A stretch of 64,000 bases of DNA, from contig OZ024763.1 of NCBI GenBank assembly GCA_964016885.1, forward strand, positions 4,340,001 through 4,404,000, given 5' to 3'. This DNA comes from Eledone cirrhosa (lineage: Eukaryota). The notes beneath the pieces were generated by a model that was not told the DNA's origin, searched no databases, and was given only the letters and a program-made list of their open reading frames with translations. A program made the position numbers and the translations under genes. Position 1 is the stretch's first letter. The number at the start of each line of letters is the position of its first letter. Positions 39,465-51,826 of the stretch are shown here, in pieces.

Positions 39465-41962
39465 CGAAGGTAGGCTTAAAGGTTCATAGGCTCACTATGA
39501 AGGAGTGATGCTAGGGCTGTGAAATCTTGCATGTTTAAAAATTAACTTCATTTGGTCATTCCATGAGAGTATCTTGGCCAACCTATGAAGGAGTGATGCT
39601 AGAGCTATGAAATCTTGCATGTGGAAAAATAAACCTCATTTAGTCATTCCATGAGAGTATCTTGGCCAGCCTATGAAGGAGTGATGCTAGGGCTGTGAAA
39701 TCTTGCATGTTGAAAAATAAACCTCATTTGGTCATTCCATGAGAGTATCTTGTTCAGCGTATGAAGGAGTGATGCTAGAGCTGTGAAATCTTGCATGTTG
39801 AAAAATAAACCTCATTTGGTCATTCCATGAGAGTATCTTGGTCAGCGTATGAAGGAGTGATGCTAGAGCTGTGAAATCTTGCATGTTGAAAAATAAACCT
39901 CATTTGGTCATTCCATGAGAGTATCTTGGGCAGCCTATAAAGGAGTGATGCTAGAGCTGTGAAATCTTGCAAGTTGAAAAATAAACCTTGTTTGGTCATT
40001 CCGTGAGAGTATCTTGGTCAGCCTATGAAGGAGTGATGCTAGGGCTGTGAAATCTTGCATGTTGAAAATTAAACCTCATTTGGTCATTTCATGAGAGTAT
40101 CTTGGTCAGCCTATGAAGGAATGATGCTAGGGCTGTGAAATCTTGCATGTTGAAAATTAAACCTCATTTGGTCATTCCATGAGAGTATCTTGGTCAGCCT
40201 ATGAAGGAATGATGCTAGGGCTGTGAAATCTTGCATGTTTAAAAATAAACTTCATTTGGTCATTCCATGAAAGTATCTTGGTCAGCCTATGAAGGAGTGA
40301 TGCTAGGGCTGTGAAATCTTGCATGTTTAAAAATTAACTTCATTTGGTCATTCCATGAGAGTATCTTGGCCAGCCTATGAAGGAGTGATGCTAGAGCTAT
40401 GAAATCTTGCATGTAGAAAAATAAACCTCATTTAGTCATTCCATGAGAGTATCTTGGTCAGCCTATAAAGGAGTGATGCTAGAGCTGTGAAATCTTGCAT
40501 GTTGAAAACATAACCTCATTTGGTCATTCCATGAGATTATCTTGGTCAGCCTATGAAGGAGTGATGCTAGAGCTATGAAATCTTGCATGTGGAAAAATAA
40601 ACCTCATTTGGTCATTCCATGAGAGTATCTTGGTCAGCCTATGAAGGAGTGATGCTAGAGCTGTGAAATCTTGCATGTTGAAAACATAACCTCATTTGGT
40701 CATTCCATGAGATTATCTTGGTCAGCCTATGAAGGAGTGATGCTAGGGCTGTGAAATCTTGCATGTTGAAAAATAAACCTCATTTGGTCATTCCATGAGA
40801 GTATCTTGGTCAGCGTATGAAGGAGTGATGCTAGAGCTGTGAAATCTTGCATGTTGAAAAATAAACCTCATTTGGTCATTCCGTGAGAGTATCTTGGTCA
40901 GCCTATGAAGGAGTGATGCTAGGGCTGTGAAATCTTGCATGTTGAAAAATAAACCTCATTTGGTCATTTCATGAGAGTATCTTGGTCAGCCTATGAAGGA
41001 ATGATGCTAGGGCTGTGAAATCTTGCATGTTTAAAAATAAACTTCATTTGGTCATTCCATGAGAGTATCTTGGTCAGCCTATGAAGGACATATGCTAGAG
41101 CTATGAAATCTTGCATGTGGAAAAATAAACCACATTTGGTCATTCCATGAGAGTATCTTGGTCAGCCTATGAAGGAATGATGCTAGAGCTGTAAGATCTT
41201 GCATGTTGAAAACATAACCTCATTTGGTCATTCCATGAGATTATCTTGGTCAGCCTATGAAGGAGATATGCTAGAGCTATGAAATTTTGCATGTGGAAAA
41301 ATAAACCTCATTTAGTCATTCCATGAGAGTATCTTGGCCAGTCTATGAAGGAGTGATGCTAGGGCTGTGAAATATTGCATGTTGAAAAATAAACCTCGTT
41401 TGGTCATTCCGTGAGAGTATCTTGGTCAGCCTATGAAGGAGATATGCTAGAGCTATTAAATCTTGCATGTGGAAAAATAAACCTCATTTGGTCATTCCAT
41501 GAGAGTATCTTGGTCAGCCTATGAAGGAGTGATGCTAGAGCTGTGAAATCTTGCATGTTGAAAAAATAACCTCATTTGGTCATTCCATGAGAGTATCTTG
41601 GCCAGCCTATGAAGGAGTGATGCTAGAGCTGTGAAATCTTGCGTGTTGAAAAATAAACCTCATTTGGTCATTCCATGAGAGGATCTTGGTCAGCCTATGA
41701 AGGAGTGATGCTAGAACTCTGAAATCTTGCATGTTGGAAAAATAACCTCATTTGGTCATTCCATGAGAGTGTCTTGGCCAGCCTATGAAGGAGTGATGCT
41801 AGAGCTGTGAAATCTTGCATGTTGAAAAATAAACCTCATTTGGTCATTCCATGAGAGTATCTTGGTCAGCCTATGAATGAGTGATGCTAGAGTTGTGCAA
41901 TCTTGCATGTGGAAAAATAAACCTCATTTAGTCATTCCATGAAAGTATCCTGGTCAGCCTAT

Positions 41963-41963
41963 T

Positions 41964-41996
<33 letters not shown>

Positions 41997-42011
41997 GTGT
42001 ATGTATATGTA

Positions 42012-42044
<33 letters not shown>

Positions 42045-42154
42045 ATATACCTATATATATATATATACATACATATATCTATATATATATATACATACAT
42101 ATATATATACATATATACATATAATTACATATATATATATATACATACATATAC

Positions 42155-42187
<33 letters not shown>

Positions 42188-42188
42188 A
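41963..42188 (+). repeat. Palindromic junction B1: (CA)n-(TA-rich)-(TG)n loop between tail-to-tail blocks
   Basis: cctattcacacac...gtgtgtgaatagg; both flanking monomers share the rare tagtc and tcctgg variants. Confidence 0.9.
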
Positions 42189-43014
42189 ATAGGCTGACCA
42201 GGATACTCTCATGGAATGACTAAATGAGGTTTATTTTTCAACGTGCAAGATTTCACAGCTCTAGCATTACTCCTTCATAGGCTGACCAAGATACTCTCAT
42301 GGAATGACCAAATGAGGTTTATTTTTCAACATGCAAGATTTCACAGCCCTAGCATCACTCCTTCATAGGCTGGCCAAGATACTCTCATGGAATGACCAAA
42401 TGAGGTTTATTTTTAAACATGCAAGATTGCACAGCTCTAGCCTCACTCCTTCATAGGCTGACCAAGATACTTTCATGGAATGACCAAATGAGGTTTATTT
42501 TTCAACATGCAAGATTTCACAGCCCTAGCATCACTCCTTCATAGGCTGACCAATATACTCTCATGGAATGACCAAATAAAGTTTATTTTTCAACATGCAA
42601 GATTTCACAGCCCTAGCATCACTCCTTCATAGGCTGGCCAGGATACACTCATGGAATGACCAAATGAGGTTTATTTTTCAACATGCAAGATTTCACAGCC
42701 CTAGCATCACTCCTTCATAGTCTGACCAAGATACTCTCACGGAATGACCAAATAAAGTTTATTTTTCAACATGCAAGATTTCACAGCCCTAGCATCACTC
42801 CTTCATAGGCTGGCCAAGATACTCTCATGGAATGACCAAATGAGGTTTATTTTTCAACATGCAAGATTGCACAGCTCTAGCATCACTCCTTCATAGGCTG
42901 ACCAAGATACTTTCATGGAATGACCAACTGAGGTTTATTTTTCAACATGCAAGATTGCACAGCTCTAGCATCACTCCTTCATAGTGAGGCTATGAACATT
43001 TAAGCCTAGCTTCG

Positions 43015-43523
43015 TATATGCAAACAATGTAAGTATAATTACTAAGAAATTCAAAATAATTTTTGCACCCATTTTTGCGATTAAGTAAAGACGGAGTTAT
43101 CGTTCTTGAGATTTCGGCTCGGAGAAATTTAAGGAACTGATGTCGCTAAATCGCCAAATCATTTACCTGTCCCGTTGCATCATGGGAGGGTAATGGCTGC
43201 CTTTTATATTTTAAAAACCATGGTAGTCTTTTTAATATTCTTCTCGCCAAAATGTATTAATTATTTACTTATATGAAACAAGGAACAAGATGCTGCGAAA
43301 GAAACTAAAGAATCTGCCATCGTTTAAAAAATAAAAGGCAGCCATTACCCTCCCATGAGGCAACGGGGCAGGTAAATGATTTGGCGATTTAGCGACATCA
43401 GTTCCTTAAATTTCTCCGAGCCGAAATCTCAAGAACGATAACTCCGTCTTTACTTAATCGCAAAAATGGGTGCAAAAATTATTTCGAATTTCTTAGTAAT
43501 TATACTTACATTGTTTGCATATA
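43015..43523 (+). repeat. Palindromic junction A2 (509 bp)
   Basis: ~200-bp inverted arms around a ~110-bp loop (atttacttatatgaaacaaggaacaaga), bounded on both sides by a mariner TIR. Confidence 0.92.
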
Positions 43524-46500
43524 CGAAGGTAGGCTTAAAAGTTCATAGGCTCACTATGAAGGAGTGATGCTAGGGCTGTGCAATCTTGCATGTTGAAAAA
43601 ATAACCTCATTTGGTCATTCCATGAGAGTATCTTGGCCAGCCTATGAAGGAGTGATGCTAGAGCTGTGAAATCTTGCATGTTGAAAAATAAACCTCATTT
43701 GGTCATTCCATGAGAGTATCTTGGCCAGCCTATGCAGGAGTGATGCTAGAGCTGTGAAATGTTGCATGTTGAAAAATAAACCTGATTTGGTCATTCCATG
43801 AGAGTATCTTGGTCAGTCTATGAAGGAGTGATGCTAGGGCTGTGAAATCTTGCATATTTCAAAATAAACTTCATTTGGTCATTGCATGAGAGTATCTTGG
43901 TCAGCCTATGAAGGAGATATGCTAGAGCTATGAAATCTTGCATGTGGAAAAATAAACCTCATTTGGTCATTCCATGAGAGTATCTTGGTCAGCCTATGAA
44001 GGAGTGATGCTAGAGCTGTGAAATCTTGCATGTTGAAAAATAAACCTCATTTGGTCATTCCATGAGAGTATCTTGGCCAGCCTATGAAAGAGTGATGCTA
44101 GAGCTGTGAAATCTTGCATGTTGAAAAATAAAACTCATTTGGTCATTCCATGAGAGTATCTTGGTCAGCCTATGAAGGAGTGATGCTAGGGCTGTGAAAT
44201 CTTGTATGTTTAAAAATAAACTTCATTTGGTCATTCCATGAGAGTATCTTGGTCAGCCTATGAAGGAGGTACGCTAGAGCTATGAAATCTTGCATGTGGA
44301 AAAATAAACCTCATTTGGTCATTCCATGAGAGTATCTTGGTCAGCCTATGAAGGAGTGATGCTAGAGCTGTGAAATCTTGCATGTTGAAAAAATAACCTC
44401 ATTTGGTCATTCCATGAGAGTATCTTGGCCAGCCTATGAAGGAGTGATGCTAGAGCTGTGAAATCTTGCATGTTGAAAAATAAACCTCATTTGGTCATTC
44501 CATGAGAGTATCTTGGCCAGCCTATGAAGGAGTGATGCTAGAGCTGTGAAATCTTGCATTTTGAAAAATAAACCTCATTTGGTCATTCCATGAGAGTATC
44601 TTGGTCAGCCTATGAAGGAGTGATGCTAGGGCTGTGAAATCTTGCATATTTCAAAATAAACTTCATTTGGTCATTCCATGAGAGTATCTTGGTAAGCCTA
44701 TGAAGGAGATATGCTAGAGCTATGAAATCTTGCATGTGGAAAAATAAACCTCATTTGGTCATTCCATGAGAGTATCTTGGTCAGCCTATGAAGGAGTGAT
44801 GCTAGAGCTGTGAAATCTTGCATGTTGAAAAATAAACCTCATTTGGTCATTCCATGAGAGTATATTGGCCAGCCTATGAAGGAGAGATGCTAGAGCTGTG
44901 AAATCTTGCATGTTGAAAAATAAACCTCATTTGGTCATTCCATGAGAGTATCTTGGCCAGCCTATGAAAGAGTGATGCTAGAGCTGTGAAATCTTGCATG
45001 TTGAAAAATAAAACTCATTTGGTCATTCCATGAGAGTATCTTGGTCAGCCTATGAAGGAGTGATGCTAGAGCTGTGAAATCTTGCATGTTTAAAAATAAA
45101 CTTCATTTGGTCATTCCATGACAGTATCTTGGTCAGCCTATGAAGGAGGTACGCTAGAGCTATGAAATCTTGCATGTGGAAAAATAAACCTCATTTGGTC
45201 ATTCCATGAGAGTATCTTGGTCAGCCTATGAAGGAGTGATGCTAGAGCTGTGAAATCTTGCATGTTGAAAAAATAACCTCATTTGGTCATTCCATGAGAG
45301 TATCTTGGCCAGCCTATGAAGGAGTGATGCTAGAGCTGTGAAATCTTGCATGTTGAAAAATAAACCTCATTTGGTCATTCCATGAGAGTATCTTGGCCAG
45401 CCTATGAAGGAGTGATGCTAGAGCTGTGAAATCTTGCATTTTGAAAAATAAACCTCATTTGGTCATTCCATGAGAGTATCTTGGTCAGCCTATGAAGGAG
45501 TGATGCTAGGGCTGTGAAATCTTGCAGGTTGAAAAATAAACCTCATTTGGTCATTCCATGAGAGTATCTTGGCCAAATGAAGTTTATTTTTAAACATGCA
45601 AGATTTCACAGCCCTAGCATCACTCCTTCATAGGCTGACCAAGTTAATCTCATGGAATGACCAAATGAGGTTTATTTTTCCACATGGAAGATTTCATAGC
45701 TCTAGCATATCTCCTTCTTTGGCTGACCACATTCTCTCATGGAATGACCAAATGAAGTTTAATTTTCAACATGCAAGAATTCACAGCTCTAGCATCACTC
45801 CTTCATAGGCTGGCCAAGATACTCTCATGGAATGACCAAATGAAGTTTATTTTTCAACATGCAAGAATTCACAGCTCTAGCATCACTCCTTCATAGGCTG
45901 ACCAAGATACTTTCATGGAATGACCAAATGAAGTTTATTTTTCAACATGCAAGATTTCACAGCCCTAGCATCACTCCTTCATAGGCTGGCCAAGATACTC
46001 TCATGGAATGACCAAATGAGGTTATTTTTTCAACATGCAAGATTTCACAGCGCTAGCATCACTCCTTCATAGGCTGACCAAGATACTCTCATGGAATGAC
46101 CAAATGAGGTTTATTTTTCCACATGCAAGATTTCATAGCTCTAGCGTACCTCCTTCATAGGCTGACCAAGATACTCTCATGGAATGACCAAATGAAGTTT
46201 ATTTTTCAACATGCAAGATTTCACAGCTCTAGCGTCACTCTTTCATAGGCTGGCCAAGATACTCTCATGGAATGACCAAATAAGGTTTATTTTTCAACAT
46301 GCAAGATTTCACAGCTCTAGCATCACTCCTTCATAGGCTGACCAAGATACTCTCATGGAATGAACAAATGAGGTTTATTTTTCCACATGCAAGATTTCAT
46401 AGCTCTAGCATATCTCCTTCATAGGCTGACCAAGATACTCTCATGGAATGACCAAATGAAGTTTATTTTGAAATATGCAAGATTTCACAGCTCTAGCATC

Positions 46501-46982
46501 ACTCCTTCATAGGCTGTCCAAGATACTCTCATGGAATGACCAAATGAGGTTTATTTTTCAACATGCAACATTTCACAGCTCTAGAATCACTCCTTCATAG
46601 GCCGACCAAGATACTCTCATGGAATGACCAAATGAGGTTTATTTTTCAACATGCAAGATTGCACAGCCCTAGCATCACTCCTTCATAGGCCGACCAAGAT
46701 ACTTTCATGGAATGACCAAATCAGGTTTATTTTTCAACATGCAAGATTTCACAGCTCTAGCATCACCCCTTCATAGGCTGACCAAGATACTCTCACGGAA
46801 TAACCAAACGAGGTTTATTTTTCAACATGCAAGATTTCACAGCTCTAGCATCACCCCTTCATAGGCTGACCAAGATACTCTCATGGAATGACCAAATGAG
46901 GTTTATTTTTCAACATGCAAGATTTCACAGCCCTATCATCACTCCTTCATAGTGAGCCTATGAACCTTTAAGCCTACCTTCG

Positions 46983-47491
46983 TATATGCAAACAATGTAA
47001 GTATAATTACTAAGAAATTCGAAATAATTTTTGCACCCATTTTTGCGATTAAGTAAAGACGGAGTTATCGTTCTTGAGATTTCGGCTCGGAGAAATTTTA
47101 GGAACTGATGTCGCTAAATCGCCAAATCATTTACCTGCCCCGTTGCATCATGGGAGGGTAATGGCTGCCTTTTATATTTAAAAAACCATGGTAGTCTTTT
47201 TAATATTTTTCTCGCCAAAATGTTTTAATTATTTACTTATATGAAACAAGGAACAAGATGCTGCGAAAGAAACTAAAGAATCTGCCATCGTTTAAAAAAT
47301 AAAAGGCAGCCATTACCCTCCCATGAGGCAACGGGGCAGGTAAATGATTTGGCGATTTAGCGACATCAGTTCCTTAAATTTCTCCGAGCCGAAATCTCAA
47401 GAACGATAACTCCGTCTTTACTTAATCGCAAAAATGGGTGCAAAAATTATTTCGAATTTCTTAGTAATTATACTTACATTGTTTGCATATA
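46983..47491 (+). repeat. Palindromic junction A3 (509 bp)
   Basis: Near-identical to A2, same loop orientation. Confidence 0.92.
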
Positions 47492-50161
47492 CGAAGGTAG
47501 GCTTAAAAGTTCATAGGCTCACTATGAAGGAGTGATGCTAGGGCTGTGAAATCTTGCATGTTGAAAAATAAACCTCATTTGGTCATTCCATGAGAGTATC
47601 TTGGTCAGCCTATGAAGGAGTGAGGCTAGAGCTGTGAGATCTTGCATGTTGAAAAAGAAACCTCATTTGCTCATTCCATGAGAGTATCTTGGGCAGCCTA
47701 TGAAGGAGTGATGCTAGAGCTGTGAAATCTTGCATGTTGAAAAATAAACCTCATTTGGTCATTCCATGAGAATATCTTGGTCAGCCTATGAAGGAGTGAT
47801 GCTAGGGCTGTGAAATCTTGCATGTTTAAAAATAAACTTCATTTGGTCATTCCATGAGAGTATCTTGGTCAGCCTATGAAGGAGATATGCTAGAGCTATG
47901 AAATCTTGCATGTGGAAAAATAAACCTCATTTGGTCATTCCATGAGAGTATCTTGGTCAGCCTATGAAGGAGTGATGCTAGAGCTGTGAAACCTAGCATG
48001 TTGAAAAAATAACCTCATTTGGTCATTCCATGAGAGTATCTTGGCCAGTCTATGAAGGAGTGATGCTAGAGCTGTGAAATCTTGCATGTTGAAAAATAAA
48101 CCTCGTTTGGTTATTCCGTGAGAGTATCTTGGCCAGCCTATGAAGGAGAGATGCTAGAGCTGTGAAATCTTGCATGTTGAAAAATAAACCTCATTTGGTC
48201 ATTCCATGAGAGTATCTTGGCCAGCTTATGAAAGAGTGATGCTAGAGCTGTGAAACCTTGCATGTTGAAAAATAAAACTCATTTGGTCATTCCATGAGAG
48301 TATCTTGGTCAGCCTTTGAAGGAGTGCTGCTAGAGCTGTGAAATCTTGCATGTTGAAAAATAAACTTCATTTGGTCATTCCATGAGAGTATCTTGGTCAG
48401 CCTATGAAGGAGTGATACTAGAGCTGTGAAATCTTGCATGTTGAAAAATAAACCTCATTTGGTCATTCCATGAGAGTATCTTGGTCAGCCTTTGAAGGAG
48501 TGATGCTAGAGCTATGAAAACTTGCATGTTGAAAAATAAACCTCATTTGGTCATTCCATGAGAGTATCTTGGCCAGCTTATGAAAGAGTGATGCTAGAGC
48601 TGTGAAACCTTGCATGTTGAAAAATAAAACTCATTTTGTCATTCCATGAGAGTATCTTGGTCAGCCTATGAAGGAGGTACGCTAGAGCTATGAAATCTTG
48701 CATGTGGAAAAATAAACCTCATTTGGTCATTCCATGAGAGTATCTTGGTCAGCCTATGAAGGAGTGATGCTAGAGCTGTGAAATCTTGCATGTTGAAAAA
48801 ATAACCTCATTTGGTCATTGCATGAGAGTAACTTGGCCAGCCTATGAAGGAGTGATGCTAGAGCTGTGAAATCTTGCATTTTGAAAAATAAACCTCATTT
48901 GGTCATTCCATGAGAGTATCTTGGCCAGCCTATGAAGGAGTGAGGCTAGAGCTGTGAAATCTTGCATTTTGAAAAATAAACCTCATTTGGTCATTCCATG
49001 AGAGAATGTGGTCAGCCTATGAAGGAGTGATGCTAGGGCTGTGAGATCTTGCATGTGGAAAAATAAACCTCATTTGGTCATTCCATGAGAGTATCTTGGT
49101 CAGCCTATGAAGGAGTGATGCTAGGGCTGTGAAATCTTGCATATTTCAAAATAAACTTCATTTGGTCATTCCATGAGAGTATCTTGGTCAGCCTATGAAG
49201 GATGATGCTAGAGCTGTGCAATCTTGCATGTTGAAAAATAAACCTCATTTTGTCATTCCATGTGAGTATCTTGGTCAGCCTATGAAGGAGTGATGCTAGA
49301 GCTGTGCAATCTTGCATGTTGAAAAATAAACCTCATTTGATCATTCCATGAGAGTATCTTGGCCAGTCTATGAAGCAGTGATGCTAGGGCTGTGAAATCT
49401 TGCATGTTGAAAAATAAACCGCATTTGGTCATTCCATGAGAGTATCTTGGCCAGCCTATGAAGGAGAGATGCTAGCGCTGTGAAATCTTGCATGTTGCAA
49501 AATAATCCTCATTTGGTCATTCCATGAGAGTATCTTGGCCAGCCTATGAAGGAGTGATGCTAGAGCTGTGAAATCTTGCATGTTGAAAGATAAACTTCAT
49601 TTGGTCATTCCATGAAAGTATCTTGGTCAGCCTATGAAGGAGTGATGCTAGAACTGTGAAATCTTGCATGTTGAAAATTAAACTTCATTTGGTCATTCCA
49701 TGAGAGAATGTGGTCAGACAAAGAACGAGATATGCTAGAGCTATGAAATCTTGGATGTGCAAAAATAAACCTCATTTGGTCATTCCATGAGAGTATCTTG
49801 GTTAGCCTATGAAGGAGTGATGCTAGAGCTGTGAAATCTTGTATGTTGAAAAATAAACCTCATTTTGTCATTCCATGAGAGTATCTTGCTCAGCCTATGA
49901 AGGAGTGATGCTAGAGCTGTGAAATCTTGCATGTTGAAAAATAAAACTCATTTGGTCATTCCATGAGAGTATCTTGCTCAGCCTATGAAGGAGTGATGCT
50001 AGAGCTGTGAAATCTTGCATGTTGAAAAATAAACCTCCTTTGGTCATTCATGAGGGTATCTTGGTCATCCTATGAAGGAGTGATGCTAGAGTTGTGCAAT
50101 CTTGCATGTGGAAAAATAAACCTCATTTAGTCATTCCATGAGAGTATCCTGGTCAGCCTAT

Positions 50162-50162
50162 T

Positions 50163-50209
<47 letters not shown>

Positions 50210-50389
50210 ATGTATATGTATGTATATATATATATATGTATATATGCATATATACCTATATATATATATACATATATATATCTATATATATATATATACA
50301 TACATATATATATACATATATACATATAATTACATATATATATATATATATACATACATATACATATATATATATATATGTGTGTGTGA
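50162..50389 (+). repeat. Palindromic junction B2
   Basis: Same loop landmarks (tacctata, tatctata, ataattac) in the same order as B1. Confidence 0.9.
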
Positions 50390-51303
50390 ATAGGCTGACC
50401 AGGATACTCTCATGGAATGACTAAATGAGGTTTATTTTTCAACGTGCAAGATTTCACAGCTCTAGCATCACTCCTTCATAGGCTGAGCAAGATACTCTCA
50501 TGGAATGACAAAATGAGGTTTATTTTTCAACATACAAGATTTCACAGCTCTAGCATCACTCCTTCATAGGCTAACCAAGATACTCTCATGGAATGACCAA
50601 ATGAGGTTTATTTTTCCACATGCAAGATTTCATAGCTCTAGCATATCTCCTTCTTTGCCTGACCACATTCTCTCATGGAATGACCAAATGAAGTTTAAAT
50701 TTTCAACATGCAAGATTTCACAGCTCTAGCATCACTCCTTCATAGGCTGACCAAGATACTTTCATGGAATGACCAAATGAAGTTTATTTTTCAACATGCA
50801 AGATTTCACAGCCCTAGCATCACTCCTTCATAGGCTAACCAAGATACTCTCATGGAATGACCAAATGAGGTTTATTTTTCAACATGCAAGATTTCATAGC
50901 TCTAGCATCACTCCTTCATAGGCTGGCCAAGATACTCTCATGGAATGACCAAATGAGGTTATTTTTCCAACATACAAGATTTCACAGCTCTAGCATCACT
51001 CCTTCATAGGCTGGCCAAGATACTCTCATGGAATGACCAAATGAGGTTTATTTTTCCACATGCAAGATTGCACAGCTCTAGCATCACTCCTTCATAGGCT
51101 GACCAAGATACTTTCATGGAATGACCAAATGAGGTTTATTTTTCAACATGCAAGATTGCACAGCTCTAGCATCACTCCTTCATAGGCTGACCAAGATACT
51201 TTCATGGAATGACCAACTGAGGTTTATTTTTCAACATGCAAGATTGCACAGCTCTAGCATCACTCCTTCATAGTGAGCCTATGAACATTTAAGCCTAGCT
51301 TCG

Positions 51304-51826
51304 TATATGCAAACAATGTAAGTATAATTACTAAGAAATTCAAAATAATTTTTGCACCCATTTTTGCGATTAAGTAAAGACGGAGTTATCGTTCTTGAGA
51401 TTTCGGCTCGGAGAAATTTAAGGAACTGATGTCGCTAAATCGCCAAATCATTTACCTGTCCCGTTGCATCATGGGAGGGTAATCGCTGCCTTTTATATTT
51501 TAAAAACCATGGTAGTCTTTTTAATATTTTTCTCGCCAAAATGTATTAATTATTTACTTATATGAAACAAGGAACAAGATGCTTGCGAAAGAAACTAAAG
51601 AATCTGCCATCGTTTAAAAAATAAAAGGCAGCCATTACTCTCCCATGAGGCAACGGGGCAGGTAAATGATTTGGCGATTTAGCGACATCAGTTCCTTAAA
51701 TTTCTCCGAGCCGAAATCTCAAGAACGATAACTCCGTCTTTACTTAATCGCAAAAATGGGTGCAAAAATTATTTCGAATTTCTTAGTAATTATTTGTATA
51801 TTAAATACTTACGTTGTTTACATATA
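51304..51826 (+). repeat. Palindromic junction A4 (523 bp)
   Basis: Left arm shares private variants with A2 (cctagcttcg, ttcaaaata, ctgtccc). Right arm retains ttgtatattaaat, which matches the A1 left arm in reverse complement. Confidence 0.92.
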
